64,000 nucleotides of DNA from Azolla caroliniana (GCA_043228905.1 JBHGNT010000008.1:20150001-20214000); one strand, 5' to 3'; positions 38,560 through 52,900 are shown, numbered from the stretch's first letter. Numbers and translations: made by a program. The notes: generated from the sequence alone by a model not told the origin.

Positions 38560-40710
38560 TGAGCCTAATTGCTTTCAACGGTGAAAGTTTTATCAAGTAA
38601 ACTGTCGTCTACAACGCTTCGGACTAGAACTCCAATTTCGATCCGGTTTGTTGGATCATTGTCATCACCCTCTCCTGGATCATTTGGTTGATCCATTTTG
38701 CTACTCAATTTTGCATGGGTGAGTATGGAACGGTCTTTTGATGATGGATCCCTTTTTCTGACAAGTACTATTTGAAGGTTTTGGAGGTGTATTCACCGCC
38801 ATTGTCGGATCAGAGTGTCTTCACTCTATATCTTGACGGGTTCTCCACTTCAGCTATCCACCGAGTGAAGACCTGAAGCGCTTCGTCTTTCTTCCTAATC
38901 GAGTAGTCCCAGATCTTCCATGTACAACCATCTACAAATGTGATGAAGTACAAGGAGCCACCTGGTGATAGCTCAAGAATAGGTCCACATATATTTGTGT
39001 GCACGAGCTCTAGGGGTTGTCATACCGTCCCATAGTGGAGAGAGTACAAACTTCAGGTTGTTTTCCCATAATGACAATGCTCACAAAAGTCCGTGTTTTT
39101 TTGGAGTTTCGGGATGTGGCCAATCGCCATTAGTTGGTCCAGTCCGGCTTGTGACATATGACCAAGTTGGCAATGCTATAGGTTCGGGTCAGTCGCTTCC
39201 GCTATGTTGACAGCCCCTTTTGGATTGATCGCCATCAATGGATATAATTTATTACACTAGCATCTGTTTCCTATCTTCAGGTTTCCTCGACTGATCATCC
39301 ATGTCGACTCACTAAGAGTTGTTCTGTACCCATCATCGGCTAACAGGCTGATGGAGACAAGACTCCTTTTGAGATCGGATACATGCCGAACTTAGTGCAG
39401 GATGATAGTATTGTCGTTCAACAATTGGATGGGGACCTCTTCGATTCCTGCGGTTGTGCATTCCTATCCGTTGTTGAGTCGGACAATGTTGTGGCATTAG
39501 CCGAATAGTTCAAAAACCATTCGATGTTCTGGGTCACATGAAATGTGGAACCGGAGTCTAGTAACCATGTGTGTGCATCTTGCATACTATAGAGGACTTC
39601 TCTAATCATTGAGTCCTCTAGAGAGAGGATTTCTCCTGATCGAGAGTTGGCAACATTGATTTGGTTGCTGACTAGAGAGCAGTTTGAGTCGGATCATCCT
39701 ATGTTCTGCTCAAATCTCCGACCGCTCTCTTTTCTCTTGATCGACCAATAGTTAGAAACGTTGTGACCGGCTTTTTTTGCAATGAGTGTAGAAATCACCT
39801 GGTTGGCTATTTCTCGACTTCGACCGTCGTTGGTCTCCCCTCATTCTTGGTTAACTAGTGTTGTGACCGGTTCTGTCGACTTTTTCTCTCGATCGATTGT
39901 ATCAGTTGATCGATTTGGTCTAGTGGTGGGCTTATGCCGACTCGTCGATGGTGAGGCCCACTGATTTTCTCCAAATATCCTCAGTGAGGACTTGTCCGAT
40001 TGTCTCATCCAAATTGAGATTTGGACAGTTCCTAGCGAATGTCATGCAGAAAACCTACCAACTCACTGGCGAGCTCCATAGGAGGGCAAGGGCTTTCACT
40101 TCTTCTTCGAAGTTCATCCCTTGGGAGGAGAGTTTAGACAACGCGCGACTGAAGGTGTTGATGTGGGAGGTTGCTGGATTGGTCTCTCTTATCTTCATGT
40201 TGAATAGTTGTCGGATTAGTATTAGTTTTGAAAATGAGGACTTCTTCTCATACACATATTGTAACTTTTCCCACAAAGAGAATGTTGTCGCCTCCTTTGC
40301 CATACTGAAATAGATGTTTCCAACTAGGTGTATCCGAATGGTGGAGCGAGCGATTTCATCTATTGATCTCCACTCTTCGGCTAACATTGAAGCAAGTTTT
40401 TCGCTATGTTGAATGGCTTGCATCATCTCCTTCCACAGGCCAAAGTTTTTGTCGTCGAACATTCGGATTTCAATTCCTATTCCAGATGTTGAAGCCATGT
40501 TGTTTTGAAGTGAGATTTACTAACCTGGACTTTTCTTTCAGCTGTAGGGTTACCTCTTCTCTCTGTCTTTTCGTCGTCACTAAACAACAAGTTGCTCTAA
40601 TACCGCTTGTTGGGAAAGAAGGAGAATAGATGTGCAAAAACATGTATATCAACAAGTGGTATGATGTACAACAAACAACACAAAAATAAAAAACAAGAAT
40701 AAAGAGGACC
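38560..40710 (-). mobile_element. 5' portion of a degenerate Copia (LTR from 40608, PBS, gag, PR, INT)
   Basis: Degenerate Met PBS at 40594-40605; gag ORF 40055-40498; WLLDSGSTFH; HTNICGP...FITFVD; outer LTR boundary uncertain. Confidence 0.8.
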
Positions 40711-40778
40711 ACATGGTCGCTCATGCCCGTTCATGCCCGTTCATGTTCCCGATGAGGACCTCACATGGTGTTTAGTAT

Positions 40779-41111
40779 TGTATAATCTAGCATATAGTTA
40801 CACATTTCCAAATCGGAATATTCTAGTTGTTAGTATATTCTAGAAATATTGTATGGTATATTATAGACGAGTATATTCTAGAGATATTCAATCTCGGAAC
40901 TTGTATAAATATTTGTAACCTCCTTGGTCCCTTTCAAGGGATTCAACATTAGTCATTGACACATCAATCTAGTATTCTTGTTCCATTCCATCTTGTCTCA
41001 TTCTTCATCTCTATCTTCATGCTCTTGTGTTGTTACCAGCTTCTTAAGTTCCACACTGTAAGCCCCATCGTCTGTGCTCTGTCCGAGTCAGCGGTTGGTG
41101 TGTCCATGACA
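40779..41111 (+). mobile_element. Probable partial LTR, Tcn1-like
   Basis: TATAAATA at ~40904, repeated ATTCTAG motifs, pyrimidine-rich U5, ends CATGACA like the Tcn1 LTR; no TSD found. Confidence 0.35.
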
Positions 41112-41449
41112 GTAGGTGCCTTTTTAATTTAGCACATGCCATTCTTTTTCTTTCCTAATTACACGTTCTATTTTTCCCCTCACTCATATTACAATCTCTT
41201 AGCAATTGAGCTAAAACTTTTTTAATAATGTTTTAAAACGTTACTTATGCTTATACCATACCTTAGCTTTATCATTCAACCTTTTAAATATTTGTAGTTT
41301 AACCCATTTCCTCCAATGTGCTCCCCACATCATGACACCATGCTCATTGGGGTTGGGTGAGGGAAGAGATGAAATCATGTATTTCATTGATCGACCATTC
41401 ATAAAAAATTAATATAATGTCATCTAGCCTTTTTAATTATGGGAAGTGG

Positions 41450-44400
41450 CCTATTGAGAAATACCATGGATGGAAAGTTCAGACGGCAATAAAAACAACT
41501 AAAGATATCTGTGGAGTATGCCTCAACATTACTATAACTATAGGGGATGTTTTTGTAGATAATATTTTTTTATTTTAAGAGAGGTATTCTACCCAATCCT
41601 TATGATTCAACCCTTATATTGCTATACAATGAAGAATATAAAAAATGGACCAGTGTTCTTGTGGATCAGATGCCAAGCTAGAAGAAAGGGTATGAACTAT
41701 TCCTTACTATCCAACTAAACCATGTGTGAAATAAAGAGTACATTTGTGACCATCTAGTGCAAGAATCTAAAGACTTTCTCCAATATTTCTAGAACAGGCC
41801 TCTATAGAAAGGGGTTCTGATGGCCTAGAGAGTAGTCAAAACTCCGAGGTAATTAGAAGAAGAAACAAAGGAGATTGTGTGCAACACCAACTAGTGGTGC
41901 TACTATAGTGATTGTTGATAACAATAAGATAGTAAATGATTTATAAAGTACATATGTGGTTGAAGATTATGAGTGTGCATAAAATATGTTTGAGGAATTT
42001 ATTTTTGAGGATACATTAAAAGTTTTGGAGTCTCTAAAAGTTTTAAGGAAAGAAGAATATAAATGTTCCTCCAAATTTGATCAAGATGTCTAAAGCTATC
42101 AAAGATCTTTCTCAGGATAAAGAAGTTCGAGGAAGACAAAGACAAGACATGGCATGTAAAATTCTGTTGGAGGCAACCACACTCCTTGAAGATAGTGATA
42201 GGGTGATGAAAGAGGTATATGGGCCGAATGGATGATTTGGGATCAACCTAAAATTGGGCACATGTTCAACCTAGAGAAAATCAAGGAGTTGAAGATTGGA
42301 GGGGGTGACTTTTTGTTACCTTCCAAGGAAGAAGATTTTAGGAGGATGCTAGAAAGACATGGGAAAGCATTCACCTTCCTTCTAGAAGAAACTGAGTGTG
42401 TGGATCCAAAAACGGTAGAACCAATGGTCATCATTATGATTTTGCATATATCTTGGATTTGAAAACCGATTCCCATTCCGAGATCACGAATAATACAATC
42501 ATTCAAGCTCCTAAAAGAGAAAGTGACACGAGACATCTTGGAGCCCATGGTTTATAGTCTAGAAGAAGTATAGGCAATTAAGCTCTATTCAACCCATGCA
42601 ACCAATTAAATGAGTCACCATCTAGATGTTTGGTGTGGGTCCCATAGTATATGAATTTGTAGAAATTTTTGTTGAAAAAGCCATATACTCAATGGGTGAT
42701 CTCTACTTGAGATAGAACCAATTTCAGCTTGTAGTTGGACGTTGAGGCATCACATCCATCAAGACTCCAATATGATTACTACAAATGTGTACCTTCCCAC
42801 AAGGAGCAACCAACTCGATTATGCATATGATGAATGACATGCACAAGGTACTCACACATATTATTCCTCACATAACTATGCCATTTTTGGATCATATATT
42901 GATTAAAGGTTGTGAGGAAAGAGTTAAAGATGAAGAGGTAGATGAGACTGGTTGCTAGAACTTTTTCAACGATCACATGAAGAATTGTTAAAGGGTGTTG
43001 AGAATATTTGAGGACATCCATTTCACATTTCCTAGTCTAAAATGAATATTTCATGTTCAGGCAGGAGGTGCTAGTGGTAGGACATATGTGCAGTCCATAT
43101 GGAAGAAAGCCAACTCTGACAAAAATGAATGTTATTCAGATTATAAAGCAATAATGTGGAAATTTGTTTGAAGTAAGAAGATTTTTGGGCACATGTGTGG
43201 TTTATTCTATATGGATTCCACACTATGTGCACTACTCTAACCCATTGTACCTACTAGTACAAAAAGGGTTCAAACATTTTGTGGATAGAAGGACACATGA
43301 ATGCATTTAAAAATATGAAGGAATATTTGGGTCAAGTTGTAACCATAGATTGACACATGCGTGATATTCGCCATATTCTCCATGCGTGATATTCTCAATA
43401 TTCGAGAATACAAAATGGCCCTAAGAATATTTAAAAACCATTCGTTTTGTAAAATAAATATACAAACAATTAATTAATTAATTAATTTAAAAATAAATCA
43501 ATTTAATTCAATAAAAAAAGAACAATTATTCATTAATAATTTATAAAAATATGATTAGTATAAACTCTCCTTTCTAGTGTCAAATAAAAAAAGAGGAGAG
43601 TTTATGAACCTTTATTTTATTTAAATAATTGATTTTTTTATTTTAAAAAAACGAATATTTTTTTATTTACTATGAAAACATGATTAATGTCAAGTCTCAA
43701 TTTTAATGTCACGTAAAAATATCCATAAATTTTGGGAAAAGAAAAGGTGAAGAATTAATGAACCTTTCTTTTATTTTATTTATTTATTAAAAATAAAGCG
43801 AAAATTTATTTTATTTTATTTATTTATTTGGTAAAGAATCAAGATCTCCAATGAAAATTTATTACTATCAAGTCTCTCTCAACTCTCTATTTTATTATCC
43901 CCTTTTTATTGTCAAGTCCCCCTTTTTTTCCTAAGAAACTAAAAGGAGGGAGTTCACCTCCTTTTTTTCCTTTTTTTTTTAAACGAATACTTGACCACAC
44001 GAATGTATGCGTATTCGTTTGCATTCGAATGGAAAATCCCACGAATGCGAATATGTCAATCCATGGTTGTAACATTAAAGCAATCTTACTCTCCAATGAT
44101 TCTTGTAGTCGATCTAAGCCCAATCAGGATCTCGTTGGTGATAAGTGAAGAAGATGATAAAAGTAAAAGATATCCAATTTTGATTTGGGGCGAAGGTGCT
44201 CAGTGAACAACAATGCAAGTATGCAAAAGCAAAAAGATAGCTTTGGGGAAGTCACTACCATAAAGAAGAACAAATGCCATAATCGTACAACGAAGAAGGC
44301 AAGCAAACAACATTAACCATGAACACAATCAAAAGGGGTGAGCCAACTAAAGAGGCGGAATTCCTCGAAACAAAATATGATAAAGAGTTCAAAGAAATTG

Positions 44401-44520
44401 GAAACTATATAAGGGAACCATTGAAGGAAGGAAGTTTGATAAGGAATAACTTCTTGAACTTTACAAACAAGACTCACAAACTCTTCCTACATCAAGGGTA
44501 ATTGTAGAAAACCCCATGTT
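41450..44520 (+). mobile_element. Ancient Phygy-like Gypsy pol remnant (PR-RT-RH), interrupted by a MITE
   Basis: LKIGGGDFLLPSKEEDFRRMLERHGKAF...VEPMVI, CSPYGRKP, VRRFLG, homologous to elements 1 and 2. Confidence 0.8.
43344..44065. mobile_element. Non-autonomous hAT MITE, 722 bp
   Basis: Perfect 8-bp TSD GTTGTAAC (43336-43343, 44066-44073); 12-bp TIR CATRGATTGACA (11/12); subterminal TATTC/GAATA motifs; AT-rich core. Confidence 0.9.
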
Positions 44521-45594
44521 TTGATAGGCTACTCTTATAAACTATGACATGCCAAGTTCTAAAATTCCGATGAACGAGACTCAATAATTCACCTAATAAT
44601 TTTAACGATGTCAACAAGCCCATTATCTTGCGTGAAATGTTGGGATCTCTAATATCATTATGGCCACTATATGATTCTAGATGACTTGGTCATCACCCAC
44701 TTGTCATAATGGTATGGTCAACATTTAGGGATTTGGTGCCACCTTTAAGGCTATCAATGCGGTTCCCAATGTCAAACCAACTGTTAAAACTCAGGTGCCC
44801 AACAAAACCACATCCCATTCTTTAAGTCTTAATACCTAGCTCGGTTCTAACCTAAATCTTAATTTTGTCAAATGAGAACTCTAACCATTAAAATTAAATA
44901 ACTTATAGTTTTAATTTTAATGCCATATTTGCATGTCAACTCTATGTCACATGTCCTTCAACACTTGGATAAAAAATACATGCTCATTTTTATAATGTGA
45001 TTAACCATTTTAGGTGCACCTAATCTTCTACAACAAACGTTTAAAATCTCTTATCTCGTCCAAATAACACAAATCCTATAGTTGGTATTGCCTTGAGGAC
45101 GATTTGCAAAGACTCAAAGTGATTGGTTTCTTCTCTCCCTCAGACACAAAATTCTAGACGAGTTGTGATTTGTAGCCATATCTAACTGTTGTAAAGTCAC
45201 AATAACTACTCTATTTGAATGTTGGGAAAAATTTAGACCTCTACCACCTATAAGGCTATATGTAGCACATACGAGATTCCAAACAAATTCAATTTTCTCG
45301 CATTGACAACTAGATAACAATACAATATACGCGATGAATTGAGATTTCTAGGACCGATGGCAACCATGGTATGTTACGTGAACTGTGCAATGTTGTTTAC
45401 TATTTTTTGGCCGATAGCAAACAGTCGAGACATTTTGAAAGAGTGGGTAAAGGTCTAGATCTATAATTCACTGAGAATGTGTTACCATATGGCCATTATT
45501 CATGTGATATGATGGCCATAATAGATCATGCCAAGATGCTTATTATTCAGCAAGACTTGTTAGCATCTTCATATGTATGACACACATGTTTTAT

Positions 45595-46034
45595 TTAACA
45601 AGAGAGGTTGGATCCCTGGTCTACACCTAGGGTGCAGCAGAACGATTGGTAGAGCTGAATCCGGTGCTGTCGGGCGCCCGGGTTGGCGACGTTGCTTCCC
45701 TTCCACACTCGAGGCCCCCATTGATAGCCGTGACCATGCCACCAAGATCGATGCCGTCCACAATGGCATTGTGACAAGTTGGCTAGGAGCTCGTCATCCA
45801 GAAGCAAATGGTAGTCTTGAAGGAGCTGATGGGATCGTACGCGACGATCCCGGGATTGTTGATTCCATCGAACCGGATGGCCTCTCCGACCACCTTGTAG
45901 TTGTAGTTCCATGAGACTTGGATGGGGCCACGGTGGAGGCATGAGTGTAGAAGTCGTTGGCGGAGGCTTGCCGAATTCCGTTCTGAGAGGAACTGATTGA
46001 AGATACCGCTTGTGATGATGGAGGGGACACCCAT
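45595..46034 (-). pseudogene. GH19 chitinase pseudogene 2 (signal peptide, hevein array and catalytic-Glu region deleted)
   Basis: MGVPSIITSGIFNQFL fused to RGPIQVSWNYNY...LGVDQGSNLSC; flanks homologous to those of the intact gene. Confidence 0.9.
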
Positions 46035-46199
46035 AGAACTGATTCAAAAATATGTAAATAATAAATAAAAGTTACTAGGATAATTTCATATGGAGATGTA
46101 TAAATACATACATATACGTAGACATGATGTAAGTCAATCAACACTATGGAGACAACATATTCGACCATAAAGCTTGTCATGCTCTCACATTAATGCGGA

Positions 46200-48990
46200 A
46201 CTTGAGGCGACGAAGCAAAAATGTGGAAATCTCCGTGGCCCACTATAAGGCATTCGAATAACATCACGTTAACATGGTTGAATGCAAGCAAAACAAGCTA
46301 TGTAGTGGTCGTATGCAAACTCGATATGAACAAACAATGGTGGCCCACTTTACTAATGAGCTAGCAGGGGGATAGTCTTTTTTATGATTTTAACCTTATC
46401 TTCATGAGGTGTCATGTACTCGGTCGTTGGGAGAATGTACTGGACACTTATCAAGCATAGAACCTTACCCAGTTTCAAAACTTGAATCTTTTTCACAATA
46501 TGTTATTGATCATTATTGAAACAAGAGGAGTTCATTGCGTGTAAAGAGACTAACCATTCTTGAAAAAGGGGGAATTCATTTTATTTAAAGAGGGACCCCT
46601 TATATTTAAAGAGGGAATTAATTATGTATTTAAAGAGGGACCTGGGTGTCAACACGTTTGAAACCCCTTATAACGACTGTGAATTCTTTCAAGTACCTTT
46701 TCATATATATATACTAATGAGTCATGACTAATAAAAAATACCCTTTAAAGTCTAAATTTTAAATTTATCCTAGGAAGAAATTAGAAATAAAACCTCTTTG
46801 AAACTCTTTTTTTAGTGCTTAACCAATCATGAAGTTAGTTGTAATATCAATATACTTTAGAGAAGGCTTCCCATGCATGCAAATGATTTTACTATGAAGA
46901 ACTAGAGCATATAATTCTATGTAGGGGATCAAATTATATCTTATATTGTGTACAATATGTATGTATGTATGAGAGGAGAGATACACAATTATACTCTAAA
47001 GAACATAAATAATACCAAGCAAGTTATATCTTATATTGTGTACAATATGTATGCATGTATGAGAGGAGAGATACACAATTATATTTGAAAGAGCATAAAT
47101 AATACCAAGCAAGATAGGATGGTGGATAGGGAGTGGGTTATAAAAGTAACCCCTTTATTTAATGCAAATGCATATCCCATTCACTAAGTTAATGTTGGGC
47201 TTTAACAAACATGTATCCTAAGGTGTGCGTTGTTGAACTTATTATCTCAATATGCCCTCCTTCAACTCGGTTATTTCAACCTTGTTTGTGTTGTATAATC
47301 AATTCGACAATACATGTCATGCTATCTCAATATACTTCAACTCGGTAGATTAAATGGACATAGGATTGCTTAAGATCAAGTGGACATATTGGTTAAGTGT
47401 TGCCAAAAAAACCAACTTTTGCACTCCAAGCCCTTTTGTCAACATATCCACTGATTGTTGGTTGGTTAAGGTATATTGGACATGGATGAATATGGTCCAG
47501 ATTTATGTATTCAAGTACATGATTGGCTCAGGGAAGTATTAGTTGTAATGCATTGTAATGTGTCGTAGGATCACAATGAGCATAGTGTTTTGTGTTCATT
47601 GCATGCGACTAAGGTCATCACATTGATCATCATCTTTGAACAAGCATGAGGACGTGCTCTGTGAAGTCTAGTGGCAAATAATATAACATGAGTTGGAAAA
47701 AGAAAATTAGCATTTATGAATACGATAAATATTTTAGGAAATAAACAAATGAAGATGTTAGTCAATTCATTGAATGAGCAAGTGGCCATAAGAAATCAGG
47801 AAAGAGTTATAACATATTGAAGGAAAAGGAGGAATATTCTACTCCTCCAAAAGCTAGGCGAGTTTGCCTCTACAAAAATAATGAAATGCCCAAACGTCAA
47901 CTCAATATGAACAAACACTGCCAATCACATTATCAATATACATAGAGATTAGTAGTTAACTACTCGATGCTCAAACTTGTTCAACATTTGTATATGGAGA
48001 AGACATGCCATGTTCAAGTTTATTCAAGGAAGTTGGAGCATAAATGTTGTCACATTCTCACACTAATTTGAAACTGCATGATGAGATGAAGAAAAATGTG
48101 GAATCTCTTAGACCTACCAGAAGAAGTTTGGCTAGCTTGAGGTCAATATGATTGAATGAAAGCACAAGAACTATTGAGTTCTGGTATTGGAACTCCATAT
48201 GAACAAAAAACATCGACCCAATTTACTTACCAACAAGTTGGGAGTTGTCTTGTACATGGTCCTCGGGAGAACTAAATTGATACTTATGAAGTATAGAACC
48301 CTACCACAACCAAAACATCGTACTTTTGCAGAATATGCCCTTCATCATTCTTGAAGCAAGGGGCAATTCATTATATTTAAAGAGGGTATTGACATGTTTG
48401 AAATCCCTTATAATGACGTTTTGAATGATTTCAAATACCTTTTTGTATATGTATACTTATTATTAACTAGTCATGACTTAAATTTACCCTACAAAAAGTG
48501 TAAAAACAAAACTAAAATCTCTCATGCTCACTAGAAGACACTTGGCAGAAGTCAATTTGACATGGTTGAATGCAAGCATGTGAACTCGATATGAACAAAC
48601 AATGTTGGCCCACTTTACTAATGAGCAAATTGGGGGTAGTCTTTTTTTTATGATTTTGACCTTATTTTCGGAAGTTGTCTTGTACACAGTCGTAGGAGAT
48701 TGTAATTGACAGTTACCAAGTATAGAACACTACCTACAGTCAAAATATGATACTTTTGCACAATATTCTATTAATAGATTCTTCAAATAAGAGGAATTCA
48801 TTATATTTAAAGAGATTAATCATTTTTTAAACAACAAAAGATCATTATATTTAAAGAGGGTGTTAGCATATCAAAAACCCTTTTAATGGGCTTTTAAATT
48901 ATTTCAAAAAAATATTCCAAAATAGTAATGAGTCATGAAAAAAACAAATCCTTGCGGTCACACTATGACATTTAAATTTACCCCACTTAG
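46200..48990. repeat. Reiterated chitinase-upstream module (copies at ~46260-46790, ~48130-48490, ~48550-48990; also ~27860-28320 and ~29130-29350)
   Basis: Shared GCCCACTTTACTAA...GGGAGAA...AATTGACACTTATSAAGTATAGAACC...ATTCTTGAAAC...TTCATTATATTTAAAGAG...ATGAGTCA blocks. Confidence 0.8.
46934..47113. repeat. 90-bp direct tandem duplication
   Basis: 46934-47023 and 47024-47113 nearly identical. Confidence 0.9.
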
Positions 48991-49309
48991 AGTATGGAAA
49001 TACGACTAAAATTGAAATATTCACAACTACTTAAATGTTTGAGATCTCCCTTTACAACATTCTTATGGTAAAAGCTAAAACATCATATCGAATTTGTGCA
49101 CCACAAATAATAGATCTAAACACCAAGGCTAAAATTATGGACAACATATTACAAAGTATAAAATCCAATTTTTTGTCACAAATTCAAATTATATTATCGT
49201 TAGTATAACATTTAAGAATTTCTTAGTTAATGTATTGCATATAAGATCAATCTTAATTATGCATTAGAATTTATACACATAAGTATTCTACATACATATA
49301 CACTAGAAT

Positions 49310-49921
49310 TGTTGGCCTATAAGTATGATCTGGAAGAGGAAGTGTGAACAGGGAAGAGTTAAGGCTAGAAGATTATTATTAATAAAGTAATTAGTGTAGT
49401 TACAAAAATGACGGATCTAGATAGTTGTACTGATCTGGATCCGCACCGTTTAGTAGCCGGTAGCCGGCAAGGCACTGTTCTTTAACTCTTACCGGATTCC
49501 TAGAAAAGGATCCGGATTTATGTATATTTTATGGAAGTAATGCAAGTTTAAGGATGGTTGTCTATTCTATTGTCTGATTTACATTGTGTACTTGTCGTCT
49601 GTACTTTCCGGAAGGGAACACCCTGTGTTTGTGGCTAGTCTGGCCCAGGATTAACACAGTTTTGGTGACCATGATTCTTGCATAGAGTAGTGAACAATGG
49701 GCAATGGATGTCCAGAAATACGAATGACCTCGTGACTGATCGCGCGAGAAGATTAGCCGATCGATTGTGGAGGTGGGAAGCTTACCAGCAGGCGGTAGAA
49801 GAGATCCGACAGGATCAATATTTTCCCAAAGTGCTCTGACGGGTCACGGAGGAAACTGTCCAGATTCAAAATCAATGATACTTAGACGAAGGAAGCTGCC
49901 TTATTAGTCTGCTCGATGCCG
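49310..49921 (+). mobile_element. Probable 5' LTR (49310-~49658), PBS and gag start of a Gypsy element interrupted by the Copia at 49922
   Basis: TG...CA segment followed by TGGTGACCA (PBS-like) and a decayed frame MSRNTNDLVTDRARRLADRLWRWEAYQQAVEE. Confidence 0.4.
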
Positions 49922-52900
49922 TGTTGGGAGACAGGTCCCTCCGGATGGGAAGGGAGAAGAACAGTGCTGATGGCCTCGGCCGAAACCAGATGAGGAGTAC
50001 CCGGCTACGGAGAGCCGGATGGTGCAGACCCGGTATGAACCGGATGAAGAGACATATTCGTAAATATGTTTCTGAGAGTCCATCGAGGCTATATTTTTAA
50101 ATAGCTGAAAAGTCATATTAGTATAAATATGACTTAGGGCAAACTTTTAGTTTTTTTTTGTTGTTGTTATTTTCTTGTTGGTGCAAGAAAAGAGAGAGTG
50201 CGTGACTGTACAGAGAGTGAGAGAGAGAAAGAGGTCGCTGCCTCTGTTGTAACCGTTGTCTGTGGCGAAGATCGTGAGCACGAGGTCGTTGCCTCCGTGA
50301 ACTCACTGTTTGTACATTCCAACATAGTGATAGTTTGCAGCCTGTGGGCTGCCGTGGTTTTTTCCCCTAGTTTGGGGTTTTCCACGTAAACCTCCTGTGT
50401 ATCTTCCTCTTCTTTGTGTTGTGTTTCATTTCCCGCTTTCTGTGTATCATTCTAAGCTCGGTTGTGGCCGAGTGTTGCGCATAAGGAGCGTTGAGTTCCC
50501 GTCAAGTGGTATCAGAGCAAAATCGACACAGAAAATGGACGAATCATTTGGCGGCATGTTCAAGCTCACCGGCTCCAACTATTCAGTGTGGAAGTCGAAG
50601 ATGAGGGACATGCTCGTGGTTAAAGATCTTTGGCTACCGGTTTAGTTCGGGGACAAGAGACCGGACAAGATCGACGCCACAATATGGGAGGTGATGCACA
50701 TGAAGACAACGACGTACATACGGTGCTTCATCGACATGAGCCTATACAACAACTTCAATGAAGAGAGCAAGGCTCATGAGCTTTGGGAGAAGATCGGCAT
50801 AATGTTTCAAAACAAAAATGCTGTTAACCAGGTTTCGGTATTCCGGAAGCTAGTAAAACTCCGGTACCAAGATAGCTCCAGCATGGCGGAGCACATGAAT
50901 ACCTTCCAGGGGCTGATACACCAGGCAACATCATTGGAAGTACCTCTCGCCGACGAGGTACTAGCACTACTCCTGCTCGGTTCCCTCCCGGATAGCTGGG
51001 AGACGTTGGTCGTCACTCTGGGCAACGCCGGGCCGGAAGGAAAACGGCTACCCCTAGCAAGAGTGAAGTCGAGCTTGCTGGATGAGGAGGCGTGTCGGAA
51101 AGATAAGGATACGAGCTCGACTCCAAAGTGCTCCTTACCGAATCGAAACGCGGAAGACATAGAAACCGTAGTCCCCAGAACCGGGAGAAGTCGGGGACAC
51201 GGTCAAAGTCAAGGGGGAGGCCTGCTTGCTTCTATTGCAGCAAGCCGAGACACTTCCAGAAGAACTGTTAGCACTTCCGTAAAGACAAGGAAACCGACGG
51301 CACCGATTCGAAGCGGACACCGGACCGAAACGGTAAAGACCGTAGGGGACCGGACCGGAAGGGAACGACGGCAATCGCGGCAAGTGAAGAGGAGTTGATG
51401 CTCATCACCGAGGAGAGTGAGATAAACCTTGCCGACGACGAGATGACCTGGGTGGTAGACTCCGGAGCGTCGTTCCACCTCACCCCGGACCGGAAATGCT
51501 TCTCATCCTACTCAACCGGTGATCACGACTGTGTCCGGATGGGGAATGAAGGTACATGCCGAATTGTCGGCATAGGAGATGTGTGGTTGTCAACACCAAC
51601 CGGATGCAAGTTGCTGCTGAAGGATGTCCGACATGTTCCGGAGGTTCGTCTGAACCTGATATCAGCCGGTCGGCTAGATGATGAAGGCTACACAAGTAGC
51701 ATCCGGAACGGTGTCATGAAGTTCAGCAAAGGGAGCTTGATTGTGGCTCGGGCCCGGAAGGTAAACACACTGTACCTGATGAATGCCCGGTTATGTCCGG
51801 AAGAAGTGAAGGTGGCCTCCGACACTGCCGGTGAGCTGTGGCATAAGAGGCTGTGTCACATGAGCGAGAAGGGGATGAAGAGGCTTGCAGACGACAACCT
51901 CATTCCAGTGAAGAACGTGCACTTGGAGAAGTGCACTGATTGTCTGGCCGGTAAGCAAAACCGGACCTCCTTCCGACCAAGGCCACCGATGAGACGTAAT
52001 GCACCACTGGAGTTGGTGCATACGGATGTGTGTCAGGTAGACACGAAGTCACATGCCGGAGCGTAGTACTTCGTGACCTTCATAGATGACCACAACCGGA
52101 AGCTATGGGCCACACCGTTGAAGACGAAGGATTAGGTGCTATCCGTCTTCAAAGAGCTCCACGCGAGAGTGGAAAGAGAAACTAGCCAGAAGCTGAAGGC
52201 GGTTCGAGCTGATAACGGAGGTGAATACCGGGGGCAGTTCGAGGAGTACTGTCGCTCGAAGGGAATCCGGCTCGAATTTACTGTGCCGAAGACACCGGAA
52301 CTAAACGGACTGGCCGAGAGGATGAACCGGACCATAATGGAGAGGGTCCAGAGTATGCTAGCGCATGCTAAATTACCCAAGAAGTTTTGGGCTGAGGCAC
52401 TGTCGACGGCGACATATGTGATAAACAGTTCACCCTCAGTACCCTTGGACAGAGACACACCATAGAGAGTATGGACCGGTAAGGAAGTGTCCTACCGGCA
52501 TCTGAAGGTGTTCGGGTGTCTCGTGTATGTACATGTAGCTAAGGACCGGAGAGGAAAGTTAGATCCAAAGACCCGGCCATGCATATTCCTCGGTTACGGT
52601 GACGATGAGTTCGGCTACCGAGTGTGGGACCTGGTCGACAAGAAGGTATTCCGGAGTCGAGATATTATCTTCATGGAGAACAAGACGCTCGCCGACTGGG
52701 AGTCGGAGGAGAAGATAATGAACTCCGAGTCGACTGGTAAGGATCGACTCTATGATGAGCAGACTCAACCGGCAAGAGACCGATTAGCACTCGAGGGACC
52801 AGCCGGTTACGGTGAGGATACCGAACAGGCTGAAGAAGAAGTAGAGGAAGCTGAAACCGGAACCGGCCAAGACCCCGAATCAGATTTGGATGAAGAGCAA

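Noticed and set aside
13000-40710. Idea that the minus-strand Copia halves at 13000-15816 and 38560-40710 are one element enclosing the chitinase gene
   Set aside because: Their LTRs share only a short motif and have different termini; no common TSD.
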